From: the human T2T-CHM13v2.0 reference genome, Homo sapiens
Direction: 5' to 3' (one strand)
NCBI RefSeq assembly: GCF_009914755.1
Contig: NC_060947.1
DNA length: 64,000 bases
Below are positions 27,494 to 44,332 of this stretch, in pieces (the first letter of the stretch is position 1; each line of letters opens with the position of its first letter). The notes beneath the pieces were generated by a model. That model searched no databases. It was not told the origin of the DNA and was given only the letters and a program-made list of their open reading frames with translations. Both the position numbers and the translations under genes were made by a program.

Positions 27494-28928
27494 ATGGTAC
27501 TTGAACAACTGAACATCCACATGCAAAAAACAGAATCTAGACACGACTTACACTTTTCACAAAGATTAGCACAAAATGAATCATAGAGCTAAATGTTAGA
27601 TGCAAAAGTGTAAAACTCCTAGAAGGTAACATAGGAGAAAATCAAGATGACCTTGGGTATGGTGATGACTTTTTAGATATAACACCAAAGGCACAGTCCA
27701 CAAAAGAAATAATTGATAGATGGGATTTCATTAAAATAAAAAACACACGCTCCTCAAAAGATACTGTTAAGAGAATGACAAGACACAACACAGGCTAGGA
27801 GAAAATATTTGGAAAAAACATATCTGATTTAAAAATTGTTATCCAAAATTTGCAAATAACTGTCAAAACAGAACAATAAGAAAACAAACAATTCAATTGA
27901 AAAATGGGCAAAAGACCTGAACAGACACCTAGTCAAAGAAGATATACAGATGGCAAATAAGCGTGTGAAAAGATGTTCCACATCTTATATCATTAGGGAA
28001 ATACAAATTAAAACAATAATGAGATACCACTACACTCCTATTGGAATCCCCAGAATCCAGAACACTGACAACATTAAATGCTGGTGAGGATGTGGAGCAA
28101 CAGGAACTCTCAATCATTGCTGATGGAAATGCAAATTTGTACAGCCATTTTGGAAGACAATCTGGTGATTTCTTACAAAACTAAACATATTCTTACCATA
28201 AAATCCAGCACTTGTGCTCTTTGACTTTTACCCAAATGATCGAAAACTTCTCTCCACATAAAACCTGCACATGGATGTTTATAGCAGCTTTATTCACAAT
28301 TGCTAAAACTTGAAAGCAACCAAGATGTCCTTCAGTAGGTGAATGGATAAATGAATTGTGGCAAATCTAGACAATGAAATGTTATTTGACTCTAAAAACT
28401 AATGAGCTATCAAGCCATGAAAAGGCATGGAGGAAACTTAAATGCATATTGCTAAGTGAAAGAAGCCAATCTGAAAAGGTTACATTCTGTGTGATTTCAA
28501 CTATATGACATTTTGGAAAACAAAAAAATATATATGGACATGGTAAAAAGACCAATAGTTGCCAGGGGATAGTGAGGAGGAAGGAAAGAATAGGCAGAGC
28601 AGAGAGAATTTTTAGGCAGTGAGGCTATTCTGTATGCTATGCTAATGGTGGGTACATGTCATTATACCTTTGTCCAAACTCACAGAATGTACAAAACCAA
28701 CAGTGAACCTTAATGTAAACTACGGACCTTGGGTGATAATGATGTGTCAGCATAGCTTTATCAATTGTAACGAATGTACCACTCTGGCTCATGATGTTGA
28801 TAGTGGGAGGCTGGGGTTGGGGGTGGTCAGGGGGTATATGGAAACTCTCTGTACTTTCCTGCTTAATTTTTCTGAGAACCTAAAATTGCCCTAAACAATA
28901 AAATCTATTTAAAATAGAAAAAAATAAT

Positions 28929-29264
<336 letters not shown>

Positions 29265-29473
29265 CTAGTGGCACTATAAGGTGACATTCGTTTCAGAGAT
29301 TCACATCAGAAATTCCAGTTGCAAAACTCTATTTATTCTTCTCTTTAAACTGGTATTTAAATTTATGGGAGCCATGACTACATCTATTTTTCTATCATCG
29401 TAGAACATACTGTTATAAAATGTACGCAACTATTTGAACTTGGGCATGGATATGGAATCCAGTCAGTGGTTTA

Positions 29474-29845
<372 letters not shown>

Positions 29846-29926
29846 GTTGAGAAAACTGAAAATGTTTACTACTTTGCTCCCAGAGAAAAAAATTACTGAC
29901 CTAATGTCCTTAAACATATTCAGTCA

Positions 29927-30334
<408 letters not shown>

Positions 30335-30362
30335 TTAGTGACAGATGATAATCAAATAATCA

Positions 30363-31052
<690 letters not shown>

Positions 31053-32339
31053 ATAATCAAGTAATCACACTCAAAAATGTAAAAAGCAACTGTGACAAGT
31101 GCTCCAAGGGCATAGCACACAGTGCTATGATACTTTATAACAGCTGGATTGACCTAGTGAGGGGGACCAAAGAAGGCTACCCTGAAGAGATTGCTCAAAA
31201 TGTGATCTGAAGCATGAATAAATGTTAGGTGAGAAAAAAAGGAGAAAGGGTTCCATCTGAAAATAAAGAAAACTCAAAATATGCAAAGTCCCCATATCAG
31301 GAGGAAGCATGGTGACATGAATAACTTAGAGATAAATGTAGCTGTGGTGTGGACAGTAATGGGGTTTCGGGTGACGTTGGAAACTAAACATGTGCCAGAT
31401 CACACAGGGCCTTGTAGGCCACATTAAGGAGTTTTGTGTTTTACTGTAAGGGTGGTGGGAAGCCATAAAGGTTTTAAGTATGAGGATGATAAAACATTCC
31501 TTACAAAAAGACCATTCTAACTATAATCAGAATAGATTGGAGGGGAGCCAGAGTAGATATGTGTAGATATTAGGAAATGCTGCAGTACTCCAGGTGAGAG
31601 GTGATGGTACAATAGTGATAATGGAGACAGAAAGAAGTGGATAGATTCTGAATTTTGTTAGAAAGTAGAATAAGCAGAATTTGGCAAAACACAAGTGTCA
31701 AGTTGAGGGGAGGGACAGGAGGTATCAAAAGACTCCTAAGCGCAACGAGATAGAATGGTAGGGTAAGCCACTAAGATAAGGAAGGCTGGAAGAGTACCAG
31801 GTTTGGGGAGTGAGATCAGTTTGAGGGGGCTTTAAGACATCCTACAGGAGAGATCAAGTAGGCGGTTGGATATACAGTCCTAAAGGTCAGAGGAGCAGTC
31901 CGAGATGGAAATATAGATTGGGCTCATCTGTATGTCAGTGGTAGTTATGCTGTGGTTATGGGTGAGCTTGCCAGGGAGACAGTATAGAGTGAGATGGGAG
32001 AGAACTGAGGACTGGGCCTTAGGAAAAGCCACCATTTGTCATGGGAAAGAAGTTGCAACAATACATGGGTTATTTCTCTACTTCTGGAATTCAGAAACCC
32101 TGAATTTTTCTTTTGTTTTTTGGCTTGGCCACTCAATTATTTGGCACCATCCCCAAAAACAACTCTCCTCTGTTTAAATCAGCATTCCAGTTGTGGAAGG
32201 GAACTGTGTCATTTTTGAGGAGTACTTTAGCTTTTTACCAAATATCATTAGGAAGATGATCATAAATACACTGTAAATTGAGCATACGGCAACAAAGGTT
32301 TAACTTGTTAGAATATTGAGCAAAACAAGTAGGACTCAC

Positions 32340-32476
32340 CGTGACTGCTGTACCCTTCTAGAGTGGTGGGAAGAGGGATGGCCCCTCGACTATTATGGTC
32401 TTCAAGATGGTTGTGGTCCTACATGCTTAGCTATTCTCTAAGAATACAGCTATGCTTTCTAAGTATAAAGGCTGTT
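32340..32476 (-). other. Candidate non-coding exon
   Basis: Long polypyrimidine tract ...tctcgctctttcttccag| and donor ACG|gtgagt; stops in all three frames. Confidence 0.45.
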
Positions 32477-32679
32477 CTGGAAGAAAGAGCGAGAAAGGAA
32501 AAGAAAAAAGCAAGGGCTTCCCCTCCACCTTTGTTCGCTTCATTCTGTAGTGCATACTTTTATGCCCTTGGGAAGTGGAAGGGAGGAATGAGCTAATAAT
32601 TTGGTTGATTCAACCTTCTGACCTCTGAGTCAAAAAATTACCCAATAGTCCTTTTAGCAGGCGATGAGGGGGTAATGCA

Positions 32680-32850
32680 TTCAGAGTCAGGAGTCTGTGC
32701 CTCTGATAATGATTCATATGCTGAGTGACCTTCGGGTAAGCCATGCAAACTCCCTCCGTTTCAATATCAGTAATACCAACTGTCCCCCCTATCTCTTGGG
32801 GTTGTTATGAGAGTGTGATGAGATCACAGATCTGAAAGCATTTTTTAAAT
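32680..32850 (+). mobile_element. MIR fragment
   Basis: gctgagtgaccttcgggtaagcc...gggttgttatgagag. Confidence 0.6.
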
Positions 32851-33059
32851 GTCAGACATTATCATACCAAAAAGGAAGCCGTCCACCAAGAGCTGGTCTG
32901 TCTTGATATAACTTTGTTACACAATTGATGTATTAATTCCTGTTCTATTTTTCTAGCTAGCTGCTTCTACCACTACAAAGTTAGTATCAAAATGTCTAAA
33001 TAAGCAGTTGTATTAATCAATGTTCCAGTTTACAAATGGAAACTCTGCAACAAAAAATG

Positions 33060-33645
33060 TAAAAACCTAGATTACTTTTTATCATAATGTGAATTCAAAG
33101 GTCTTGACTTAGCCCACTGGGCCCTACGTTATCTAGTTCCCAACTATGTTTTTGACCTCATCCTTGACTTTCCCTCACTCTGCTTTAGCCTTTTTGGACT
33201 TCTCGCTGTTCCTTGAATAACCCAAGCACTGTCTTATACAAAGGCCTTTGTATTGCTGCTATTCACTCAGAATGCGATCAATCCCTCCTGACATCCTTCA
33301 TTTCATTTGAGTCTCAACGGCCTAAGATATGATGCAGAGGCCTTCTCTAACTACCCTATTTAACTACCCTAAATACTCCTATCTAAAGTAGCACATACCC
33401 CTATCACTTGCCACCCATGTGTCTGTTTCCCTCCTCTTAGGTTTGCTTTATTATTTTGCATAGCACTAATCACCACTTGACACCCAATATTTGTTTTTCA
33501 GTTTTCCTCCCAATAAGAGTGTAAGTTTTATAAGAACAGGATATTTTTGTTTGGTTTGTTCCTCTGCTGTATACTTAGCACTTATAATATAGGCTGGCAC
33601 ATAGTAGGCATATGATAAATAGCTGTTGAATAAAAGAACAAAGGA
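33060..33645 (+). mobile_element. L2 3' end
   Basis: catagcactaatcacc...ctggcacatagtagg...tgttgaataa. Confidence 0.8.
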
Positions 33646-34327
33646 ACATAAGTATACTACTGAACTAGCCAGAGCTCATAAGAAAAATGAAAAAAAATAG
33701 AAAGAAAAAAATAGAGCTAAGCAATTGTTGTGGGTGTAGTTGTGATAGAACTGTTCTGATGAAGTCTGTTAAATCACATCAGAAAACTGAATAAAATAGG
33801 TCAGATTTTGCAGTCACATTTCATTTCATGAAATGTATTATTCTTTTTAAACTCTATGGAGTATAACTTATTGATTTATTTTTATAGTTAATTAATTACT
33901 GCCTGCTTCTATCTTCTTTTGTTTACAAGGAATAAATAGTTAAAATATTCAGATATTTCTACTACTTCTTCCAGGCTCAGAGGGAGCCAGATCCCTAAGT
34001 ACTATAACCAATACCTGGAACTATGTCCTCATTCATTGGCAATGACCTAGGATGAGACAAAACTCCTAGTAGAGATGTCTTTGTCTTCATCCTCTTCCTC
34101 CTTGACATCATCACACTTTTAACAACAAAAAAGACATTTGTTGATTGATTTTTTGTGTGTGTATCTGGCACTCTGGCAAGCATTGAGATTTTAATAACCT
34201 TTCTATATCTTACCCCCAACCGCAAAACTTTAAGTGGTCTCACTTGGAAACAATGGCACATAAACTGTCTTTGTATTTAGAAATCAGAAATAAGATGGCA
34301 CTTTTGAAGTAAAGGCTTCATGCAAAC

Positions 34328-34594
34328 AGGATAGTGGAATGGTTAAGAGCATAGGTCTTGTCTGGAGTCAGAGGTCAGAGCGCTCAAATCAAATTCCTGC
34401 TCAGGAACTTCCACAAGCTGTGTGACACTGGCATGCTGTACAACCTCTCTGTTCCTTACTGTCTTCATGTGTAAAGCAATAATAATAAATGTATACCACA
34501 GAGGAGTTTTGAGGAATAAACGAGGTAATTCATGTAAGGTGCTTAGAACTGAACCTGGTAAATTGAAAATGCTCAATAAGTATTAGCTATTATT
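34328..34594 (+). mobile_element. MIR, near full length
   Basis: gtggaatggttaagagcatagg...gctgtgtgac...gctcaataagtattagctattatt. Confidence 0.85.
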
Positions 34595-34818
34595 GCACAA
34601 GGGACTCAAAGTTTGCAGAGTCTAAAAAAGGCAACTCTGGCTGCAAATCAAAGAACATCTTCTTATGTGAAAAAGGTGGAAAGACTAACAGTTACTCAAT
34701 ATCATTTGTGTCAAGCCCTCATACACAGTGATCATTTTAAGTTTATAACTAGGAAGTCCAGAAACATACTGGAAACACAGATACAAGGCTTTCAAAAAAC
34801 CCATACATTTTCGTAAAT

Positions 34819-35029
34819 CAGGAGTTGGCAAACTTTTTCTATAAAAGACCCTATGGGAGATATTTTAGACTTTACAGACCAGACAATGTCTGTTGTGACT
34901 ACTCAACTCTGCTGCCATGGGGCGAAAACACTCATCAGCAATGTGTAAATGAATGGGCATAGCTAATAAAACTTTATTTACAAAAACAGGCAGTGGGCTG
35001 GCCCGTGGGTCATTATTTGCCCACCTCTG
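34819..35029 (+). mobile_element. MER58A-type hAT MITE
   Basis: caggagttggcaaactttttct...aataaaactttatttacaaaaacaggc...tttgcccacctctg. Confidence 0.85.
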
Positions 35030-35229
35030 CTCCAAATAATGATCCTAGTCTATCAGGGTTCTAAAGGCCACTTACGCTGAGTAACCACAGAAAGCAAATA
35101 CATTAGGGAGGAGAATATAAGGAATGAGGACAATTCAATAAATGTAAGAATAAACAATGGGTCATTTAATACCTTTCCTCTCCTATCCCAAATAGTAGTA
35201 GATGCCTTAGATGACAAGGGAACGGTGAA

Positions 35230-35850
35230 CTTCGTTTATTCTCTCCTTCATTTAACACATAATTGTGAAGCACTTATGCCCCAGGCATTGTGCTGTGATC
35301 TATGATGCAGAGTGAAAACAGATCTAGTCCCTGCCTTCACGTAACTTACAATCTAATCAGATAGGGATACGGATAAACATCAGCCAAATAATCACACGAA
35401 CAAACTTAAACCTGTACCTATGCTAGATCCTACGAAAGCTTATAAGAGGAGGATGGCTCTAGTTATGGAGCTCATGGTTGTCTTCCCTGAGAAACGTGAA
35501 CCTAAAACTTGACCTGAGATCTGACAAGTGAGTTGCTTTATTAGGCAATAGAATAACTATTCGGAGCAAAGGGAACAGCATACGTTCTTTTAGAATAGAA
35601 AGGATGGTGCATGCAAGGGATGAAAATAAGATCACTATGATTGGAGTCCAGAGATCCAGACAGAGCATGGTGAGATGGAGCTGGAAAGATAGGCACAGGT
35701 CAGACTATAAAGGACCATGGCAGCAATCAATGCTTTATTTATTCAGCAAATATTTACTGAACACTACTCTACATCAGGCTCTGTGGATACTGTGGTGAAT
35801 GAGAAAAGCAGACATTAAACAAATAAACACTCAAATCTTTAATTACGAAG
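35230..35850 (-). mobile_element. L2 fragments
   Basis: ccaggcattgtgct...gacctgagatctga; ttattcagcaaatatttactga. Confidence 0.7.
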
Positions 35851-35876
35851 TTCTGCCTTTAGAAGTTCTATGTCCT

Positions 35877-36174
<298 letters not shown>

Positions 36175-36216
36175 TTATGTCCCAAAACTCTGTCCAGTGG
36201 CTTGATTTGTTTTTTA

Positions 36217-36611
<395 letters not shown>

Positions 36612-36709
36612 CTACATTCAAATGTATTACTCTATCAATATCATTTTGGCAATCATGAGTGGATTTGATATAAGATCCCCAGTACTCAGCCTGTGAAACA
36701 CCATGCCAA

Positions 36710-37024
36710 ATTATTATTATTATTATTATTATTGAGACTGGATGTTGCTGTGTCACCCAGGCCGGAGGGCAATGGCACAATCACAGCTCATTGCAGCCTC
36801 AGTGAACCTCACTTGAGGGATCAAGTGATTCTCCCACCTCAGTCTCACAAGTAGCTGGGACTACAGGTATGTGCCACCATGCCTGGCTAATTTTTTTCTA
36901 TTTTTGGTAGAGACAGTGTCTCACTTTGTTGCCCAGGCTGGTCTCGAACTCCTAGGCTCAAACAATGCTGCTGCCTTGGCTTCCCAAAGTGCTGGGATTA
37001 CAGGTGTGGGCCACCACGTTCAAC
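36710..37024 (-). mobile_element. AluJ
   Basis: (ATT)n tail, J diagnostics. Confidence 0.92.
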
Positions 37025-37478
37025 ACAACTCCAGATTAATAATGAGCACTGATAGTTTCTTTTTTGGGATGCGGGCTTCCAGACAGATGTGGCCTTTCAT
37101 GCTGTCCATAGTGACAAGTCTTTATAACTTGCTATTGAGGATGGTATCATGGACAGGACTGTGACAATAAACCAGATCTGAGTATCTGACATACTAATTC
37201 AATTGTTTAAATCTGAGGTGTTTTCTTTTATTTTGCTATCTGCTTTTTAAACATATTTATTCCTGTGGTGAAGTGTGTAGATATAGTCTAGCTTATATTA
37301 TAAACTCTTAAAAGGGGCAGAAAACTCTTCTGGGGAATTGCAAGATTAACAAATACTTTTCCATGTTGATTATGAAAATCTAACAAGACTTTTAAACAGT
37401 TTCAAAGTGATTTCATTACAATGATACTATTTCACTCTTAACTCCATGGTCTATTTTTTCTTTCAAAGAAGAAAATTA

Positions 37479-38408
<930 letters not shown>

Positions 38409-38639
38409 TCTCTTAGTTTTCCAAACATCACTCTTTTCAATTATGGGTTGTATGCAGACTTTTCACTTCACTAGGTCTAGCTATTCTTCATGACTTCTCA
38501 AAAATAGTGACTAAGACCTCTAAAACAAACTTCTAAAACTCCTTAAATGCTATCCTTTGTGTTCGACCAGTTTGTTTCACCTCATGCTCTCTTAGCATGG
38601 TGTTTTAGAAAGAGCCACCCAGACTTTCCAGAATTTGGG

Positions 38640-39560
38640 TGTAGTGGGCTGCAATACTTGGTGTTTTTGTCTACCTCACACACATTCTTCTTTGTCCAGT
38701 AACATCATCCCTTTCCCTTTGAAGAACTCTTTCCCCATTCGTTGTCTTCCAGGTGAAGCTGGCAATCATGGTGCACTCGCCCTTACCCGACTACAAGGGT
38801 GGGCACATGATTCAGGCCTGTTCCAACCATAGTGAGGCAGGAAAATAGGGTCTGGAGGCAGGGAACATAAGGCCAATTCACACTTCAGCTATGACAGGAA
38901 ATATCCTCTCCATAGGGTGTAGGCCAAGTTAACTTTGTAACTTTACTTCATCCTCTTCATTTACATAGGACATACCCCAAGTAACCAATGGAATCCTGGA
39001 GAGGGTATTTAAACTCTTACAAATTCTGCAACAGGGCCCTTGAGCCCCTATGCTTAGGCTAGCTCCCGCACTGTGGAGTGTACTTTCATTTTCAATAAAT
39101 CCCTTCATTCCTTCCTTGTTTTTTTGTGTGTTTTGTCCAATTTTTTGTTCAAGACACCAAGAACCTGGACACCCTCCACTGGTGACAGTAGCACTGCACC
39201 TCTTGGGAAACAGTGATTGGTCCAAGAGAGAGATTTCATGATCTAAGCTAAGTGAATTTGAGTCTTACCCAAAAGTGTCTGAAGTAAAGGTAGCCCTCAC
39301 TTTGATCATGAATCGTAAGGGTACATGAGTAGGCTACCACCCACCATCTTTCTCACCATATATAGGGAGACTGTCTACAGAGTGAATCCAAGCAGAGACA
39401 AGAAAAAATAAAGATGAGTAGAGAGAATGTTCTGGCAATTTTGAATCCTTATTAAAATCTCTGAACCCCAGGTTTCTGGCAACACTTTCTCCATTCAGTT
39501 CTGCCAGGTACCATGTAGTCATGTGAAAAAATTCCCTTTTGTACTAAAGTCACCCTTCTA
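38640..39560 (+). mobile_element. LTR33-like ERVL LTR, split by MER61
   Basis: gggtgggcacatgattcaggcctg...acagtgattggtcc. Confidence 0.6.
38833..39187 (+). mobile_element. Solo MER61 (MER61A-like) ERV1 LTR
   Basis: tgaggcaggaaaatagggtctggaggcagggaacataagg...aataaa...ggtgaca; TG...CA ends; TSD atag/gtag. Confidence 0.85.
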
Positions 39561-42229
39561 GTTGAAAGAGTTTGGCATACTACATTTGAGGAACTTATTT
39601 AATCTTCTGACTTTAGTTTCCTTGTGAGAATATCATCAACTCCCTCACCACACAGGTTGAGGGGATTTAATAATACAATATTTAAACACAATGAAAACTA
39701 TAAATCATTATATGAGTGTTGCATACAATAAATATTTTCTCTCTACATCCAAGTAGTATGGTGGTTAGCCTCTGTTTTCCAGCAATCATTTTTAGATCAC
39801 TAAATATACTCATCCCAAATCCTTGGGCCCAAGAATAGCTTAAAAAATCATTAAATTTCCTCTGGAAGTCAAGTTAGATTTAGGAACACTTTCTACCATA
39901 GTTACCCTATCTGGAGGGCTCACCCTGCACCTAGGCAGTTTGGTTTGGATTAATTCTCAGAGAACTTCAGAATATCCAGACCCAAAAGAGAAGTGGCAGG
40001 CTGGGGGCAGGGTGGGGGCGGCGGGGGGGATGGAGGGAGAGAGAGAGAAGAGTATTAAAACCATTGACTCTTCCTTACTAAGAAGGTTCAAACAACCAAA
40101 AATAAATAAGACTAGAAAGACTTCAGGGGATTGTCACATGTTAACCAAAAGGATTCCTACACAAATAAATGCCACTTACTACAAAGCATAAATAAATGAA
40201 CCCCATCTCCCCCGCAAAAAACCTAAGTTGTGGGAGAAACAAAGCCAGGTGCATCACTGTGGCATATGGAATTTGGGGTGTAGATGGGGACTAAATGCCA
40301 TGGGAGCATTAGTGATTTTGACAGTGCACTCAGCAGCTCTAGGTTTCAAAGGTATTTTAGCCAAGTATTTTCTCACTGCGGCCTAAGCCATCCAAGGACA
40401 CTGCTGAATCCAAGAATGAGAACCAAGATTTTCTCATTCGCTAGTGGCTTGCTACGCTGTGCCGTTTTAGAAAATGACACAAGGAAATGTGATGCCTCCT
40501 GGGGAACATTCTTTGGTTCTGCCTTATCAGTAGACTGACTTCCTCCTCAAGCGAATCTTCTAACATTTCTCATTGTCTCTGTAACTACATTTGATTATGT
40601 GACTACAGAGAGCACAATTTCCCAGGTGAGGCTTCCCACCAACAAGTGGATCATTTCGACGTGAATGAATGATAAACCACACAGCAAGAGGGCGAGAGCA
40701 GCAGCAGAGTCATTGAATTTCAATTGTTAAAATAGCAATCCTCCCTACCCATTTCAAAAAAATCCAAGGACAGTGAGACAGGCATTTGCAGTTTATATTC
40801 CAGGTAAATATGCATCATTTTTACTCATTAGATGAGGAACAAAATAGCTTTTAACTTTGAACAAGGACTTGAGAATTAACATTCTTTGTTTCATTTTCAA
40901 TTCTGCCAAGGACCTGCCAGATGGCCATGTTTCTGGAGGTGGAAGGATGTCTTACTCATCACTCAGCTTACTTTTTAATATAACAATCTAACAAACCTCC
41001 ATCCGTTCTAGTAGCCTTTATGGCCTCTTCCCTGCCCCGCACACACCCACCATTGGTGAGAAATCATGGGGCCTCATAATTGTTAAATTCAGAGATGAAC
41101 ATAATATATCACCAGTTGATGCTCTGAATTCACAACCACCCTCTCCCCTGCAAATGTAGTTGAGCCTACTCCTTCTGTTAAAAACCAAATTGAACCTCTG
41201 AGAAATTTGGTTTGCCTTTCTCAATAGACAGTATTCCCTTTACAACTACACAGGAATAGACTTTGCAGCAACTTGAAGTAAATTTAGAACATGAAACTTG
41301 TAGCTTTACCAGACTAAACTGGAAAAAATGAAGTCAGTTCGGTTCACCACAGAGAATGAAACTCAGTACCCTAGTGAGGCCGGAGGCAATGCTCTAAACA
41401 GCCCCCGTGACCCAAACTGCCTCAGTTTTGGCCCTACAGCCTGAACAGACCAGAGCGGTGAGAGTGAATTGGATTTTTATGAGCTCTGCCTTAATGAAAA
41501 GTAGATTTGCTTGATATGGGGAAACAATCGGTTAATGTTCTATGCCATTCAGGTGTAGGTTTATTATTACTTTTTTTATAATCAAAAGAAGTGGATTTAG
41601 CTGGAACTGGAAAATTGCATAATAGGAAACGCCAAGATAGGGGTGGAGGTTAGAACAGTTAGCCACGTCTCTGACAAGTATAAATCTTTGCTTAACCCTG
41701 TTACAAGGCCATTTGGCACACTTTGCTTCCTGATCCAACTCAGCAGGTACATTCCAGGCTCCAGGGCACCCCCAACCGAACCCTCCCAACTCCAAGTTTT
41801 TCCAGTACTTTGAATGCCTTCCAGGCCTTCTTCTTTTATAGGAAACATAACCGAGATTTTAGGAGGCAGTATTTAGCAACACTAGCTTTGCAAATGTTCA
41901 CAGAGACATAGACAGTGATCTTACTGAGGCTAGACCTTTGACTATGACTATTTAGCTTATGTGGGATCTAGAACTTATCTGGAAAAGTCATGTTTGTATC
42001 TCAAGGATGAACCAATAGAGCCTTGAAAGCAAAAGTCTTCAAGCCCCTTGCTTTACTTGTACAGATTTGGTCAGCTTCTGGGTGAAAGAAAACACAAAGA
42101 CCAATTGCCCAAATTATTAGAAGATAATACAATCTGACTCATTTAAAGAACACGGTATGGAAATATTTATTTGTACCCATTGAGGTACAAACATTAAGCA
42201 GAAGTGTACCTCCCAACATGTATATTGGT

Positions 42230-42405
42230 CCAGAATAATAATAACAGTTGTTGACACTTTCAAGAGGCTCAACATAGACAAGTGCTTTAGACAAATTCCT
42301 ATTTAATCCTTATACCGACCCTATGAGGCAAGTATTGACTTCACCACTCATTCACTGGGAATGGAAAGTCTGTTAGTAGAACCTGTACGCTTAACCACTG
42401 TGTCC
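42230..42405 (-). mobile_element. MIR fragment
   Basis: atttaatcctt...accctatgaggcaagtatt...cttaaccactg. Confidence 0.65.
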
Positions 42406-42464
42406 CATTTTTAGAGGACAATGATGAAGATTCTGTGAACTTAAATTAACTAGATCTATCATAC

Positions 42465-42755
42465 TAAAAGTGTGTGCTACAGACCAGTGCTGGTCTGTGA
42501 CGAGATTAGTCAGAGACTGAGAGTTAGAGTTTTTAAAAATGTATAGCAATGTAACAGAATATTCTTGTCTGTTGAACCTAATTATTTAAAAAAATTGAGC
42601 TTGTATTTTTACAACTTTGATTTTTATTAAATATCATTTTATAATAATTTATTTTTATTATTTTTAAAAGAAAGTATCAGTCTATGACAGATTGGAATTT
42701 TATTTGAAAGAAAGGAAAACTGTTCCTTCACTATAAATAGTTTGGGAAGCACTGG
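42465..42755. mobile_element. hAT/Charlie-like DNA transposon fossil
   Basis: aaagtgtg...agaccagtgctggtctg...agtttgggaagcactg terminus. Confidence 0.5.
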
Positions 42756-44037
42756 ACTAAATAATATATCTTAGTGATGACCATTGGAGAAAGGAAAATG
42801 GAAGATAGTGAAGTTTGACCTTCTTCATGAGGTTCATGGGGGTTTTCTGTCTTTCTTATCAGCCATCTCCACTTCTTTCTGATAAATCTACTCATTTCTC
42901 TGTTGGGTTTTAAGAGATCAGTAACATCCCCTTTCCTCTTTCTAATTTAAAAGCAACTGAGACACGAACACCAGAATCAGATAGCAGCTCAAAATGTCAG
43001 TTATAAAACTGAACTGGCGGACGTAGCTGAGAATGTGCAACCTCAGCAGTCTTTCTAATACCTCCCTCACCTCTGAATTAGGGAGCCTCATACACCTATT
43101 CACCAAATTTAATCTCTCAGAAATTTGGGACAAGATTCTGAGAAAATTAGGAAACAGAGAGACAAGCTAAGGCCTGCCTCACAAGCTAACAGCGGACCAC
43201 AATAAAATCCTTAGAAAGACTACTTGAAAATGGCAGAGCATTCTCAATTTATTCTCAAAAACTCATTACTCAGATAAGTCTTTCTTCACTCGGTAGGATG
43301 TAATGGAGGGGCACGGAGAGAGACTATGTCCCTCTAGTGTATTCCCTCAAGGACATGCAAGGCTAAGGGAATGTTGGTTCCCCTAAGTTGTCATTTAACC
43401 ATTTATTTAATTCCCACCTCTGAATATTCTACAAAAGCACACCCAACCCAATTCCACTAGCTTTTTCTCCCATCATTTAAACAGCTCTTGAAATCCATCA
43501 CCACAAGACAAGCCTTGAAAAAGTGGCAGTAATTCCTTGTTCTAGCTCCTTTGCTCAACTCTGGTAAATGCACTTTCCCTCCTATTTGCACTCAATGAAA
43601 ATATGTAATTTACTAAATTAATGTAAGTTATTAATTTTTCACATTCTACATGTGTTTACTATACTTCTACCACGGAATTGTCTACACCATTATAAATCCC
43701 ACGTTGGCAGGAGATCATGCACGTGTTTACTCATTTGCTACAGCTCAGTGCACCAATAGGTATTTAATGACTGCTTTAATCCCAAGGATGATGAAGATGC
43801 AAATGGCAGTAAAAACATCTCTCTTGGCTATTTGCATTTAGCCCTTAACCCTGGATGATAAACCAGGTTTCCCACTTTCACTCTTGTTTTCTGGTAATAC
43901 CTGATTTGCAACTTTGATTCCAGAGCATCAGTTCTCAGCCAAATGCCTTTCAACAACATACTAATATTAGGAAAATTAAATGTCTCTTATACAATACGTG
44001 ACTTGGCTTTGTGAAACTCAGTTATTCTATGAAGTAA

Positions 44038-44332
44038 TTTTTTTTCTTTTTTGATATGGTCTCGCTCTGTTACCCAGGCTGCAGTGTAGTAGTGCAATCT
44101 CACCTGACTGCAGCCTCAACCTCCTGGGCTCAAGAGATCCTCCCACCTCAGCCTCCCAAGTAGCTAGGACTACAGGCATGTGTCACCAGGCCTGGCTAAT
44201 TTTCATATTTTTTGTAGAGACAGGGTTTTGTCATTTTGCCCAGGCTGGTCTTGAACTCCTGGGTTCAAGCAATCCTCCTGCCTCAGCCACCCAAGGTGCT
44301 GGGATTATAGGTGTGAGCAACGGTGCCTGGCT
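44038..44332 (-). mobile_element. AluJ
   Basis: TSD-like g(a/g)agtaatt. Confidence 0.93.

Noticed and set aside
38905-38985. p53 response element in MER61
   Set aside because: The family is known for p53 sites, but this copy has no intact pair of RRRCWWGYYY half-sites (e.g. ggacataccc).
42954-43058. Plus-strand acceptor followed by a 34-codon frame QLRHEHQNQIAAQNVSYKTELADVAENVQPQQSF
   Set aside because: Unrecognised peptide, weak acceptor, no good donor, and length within chance.
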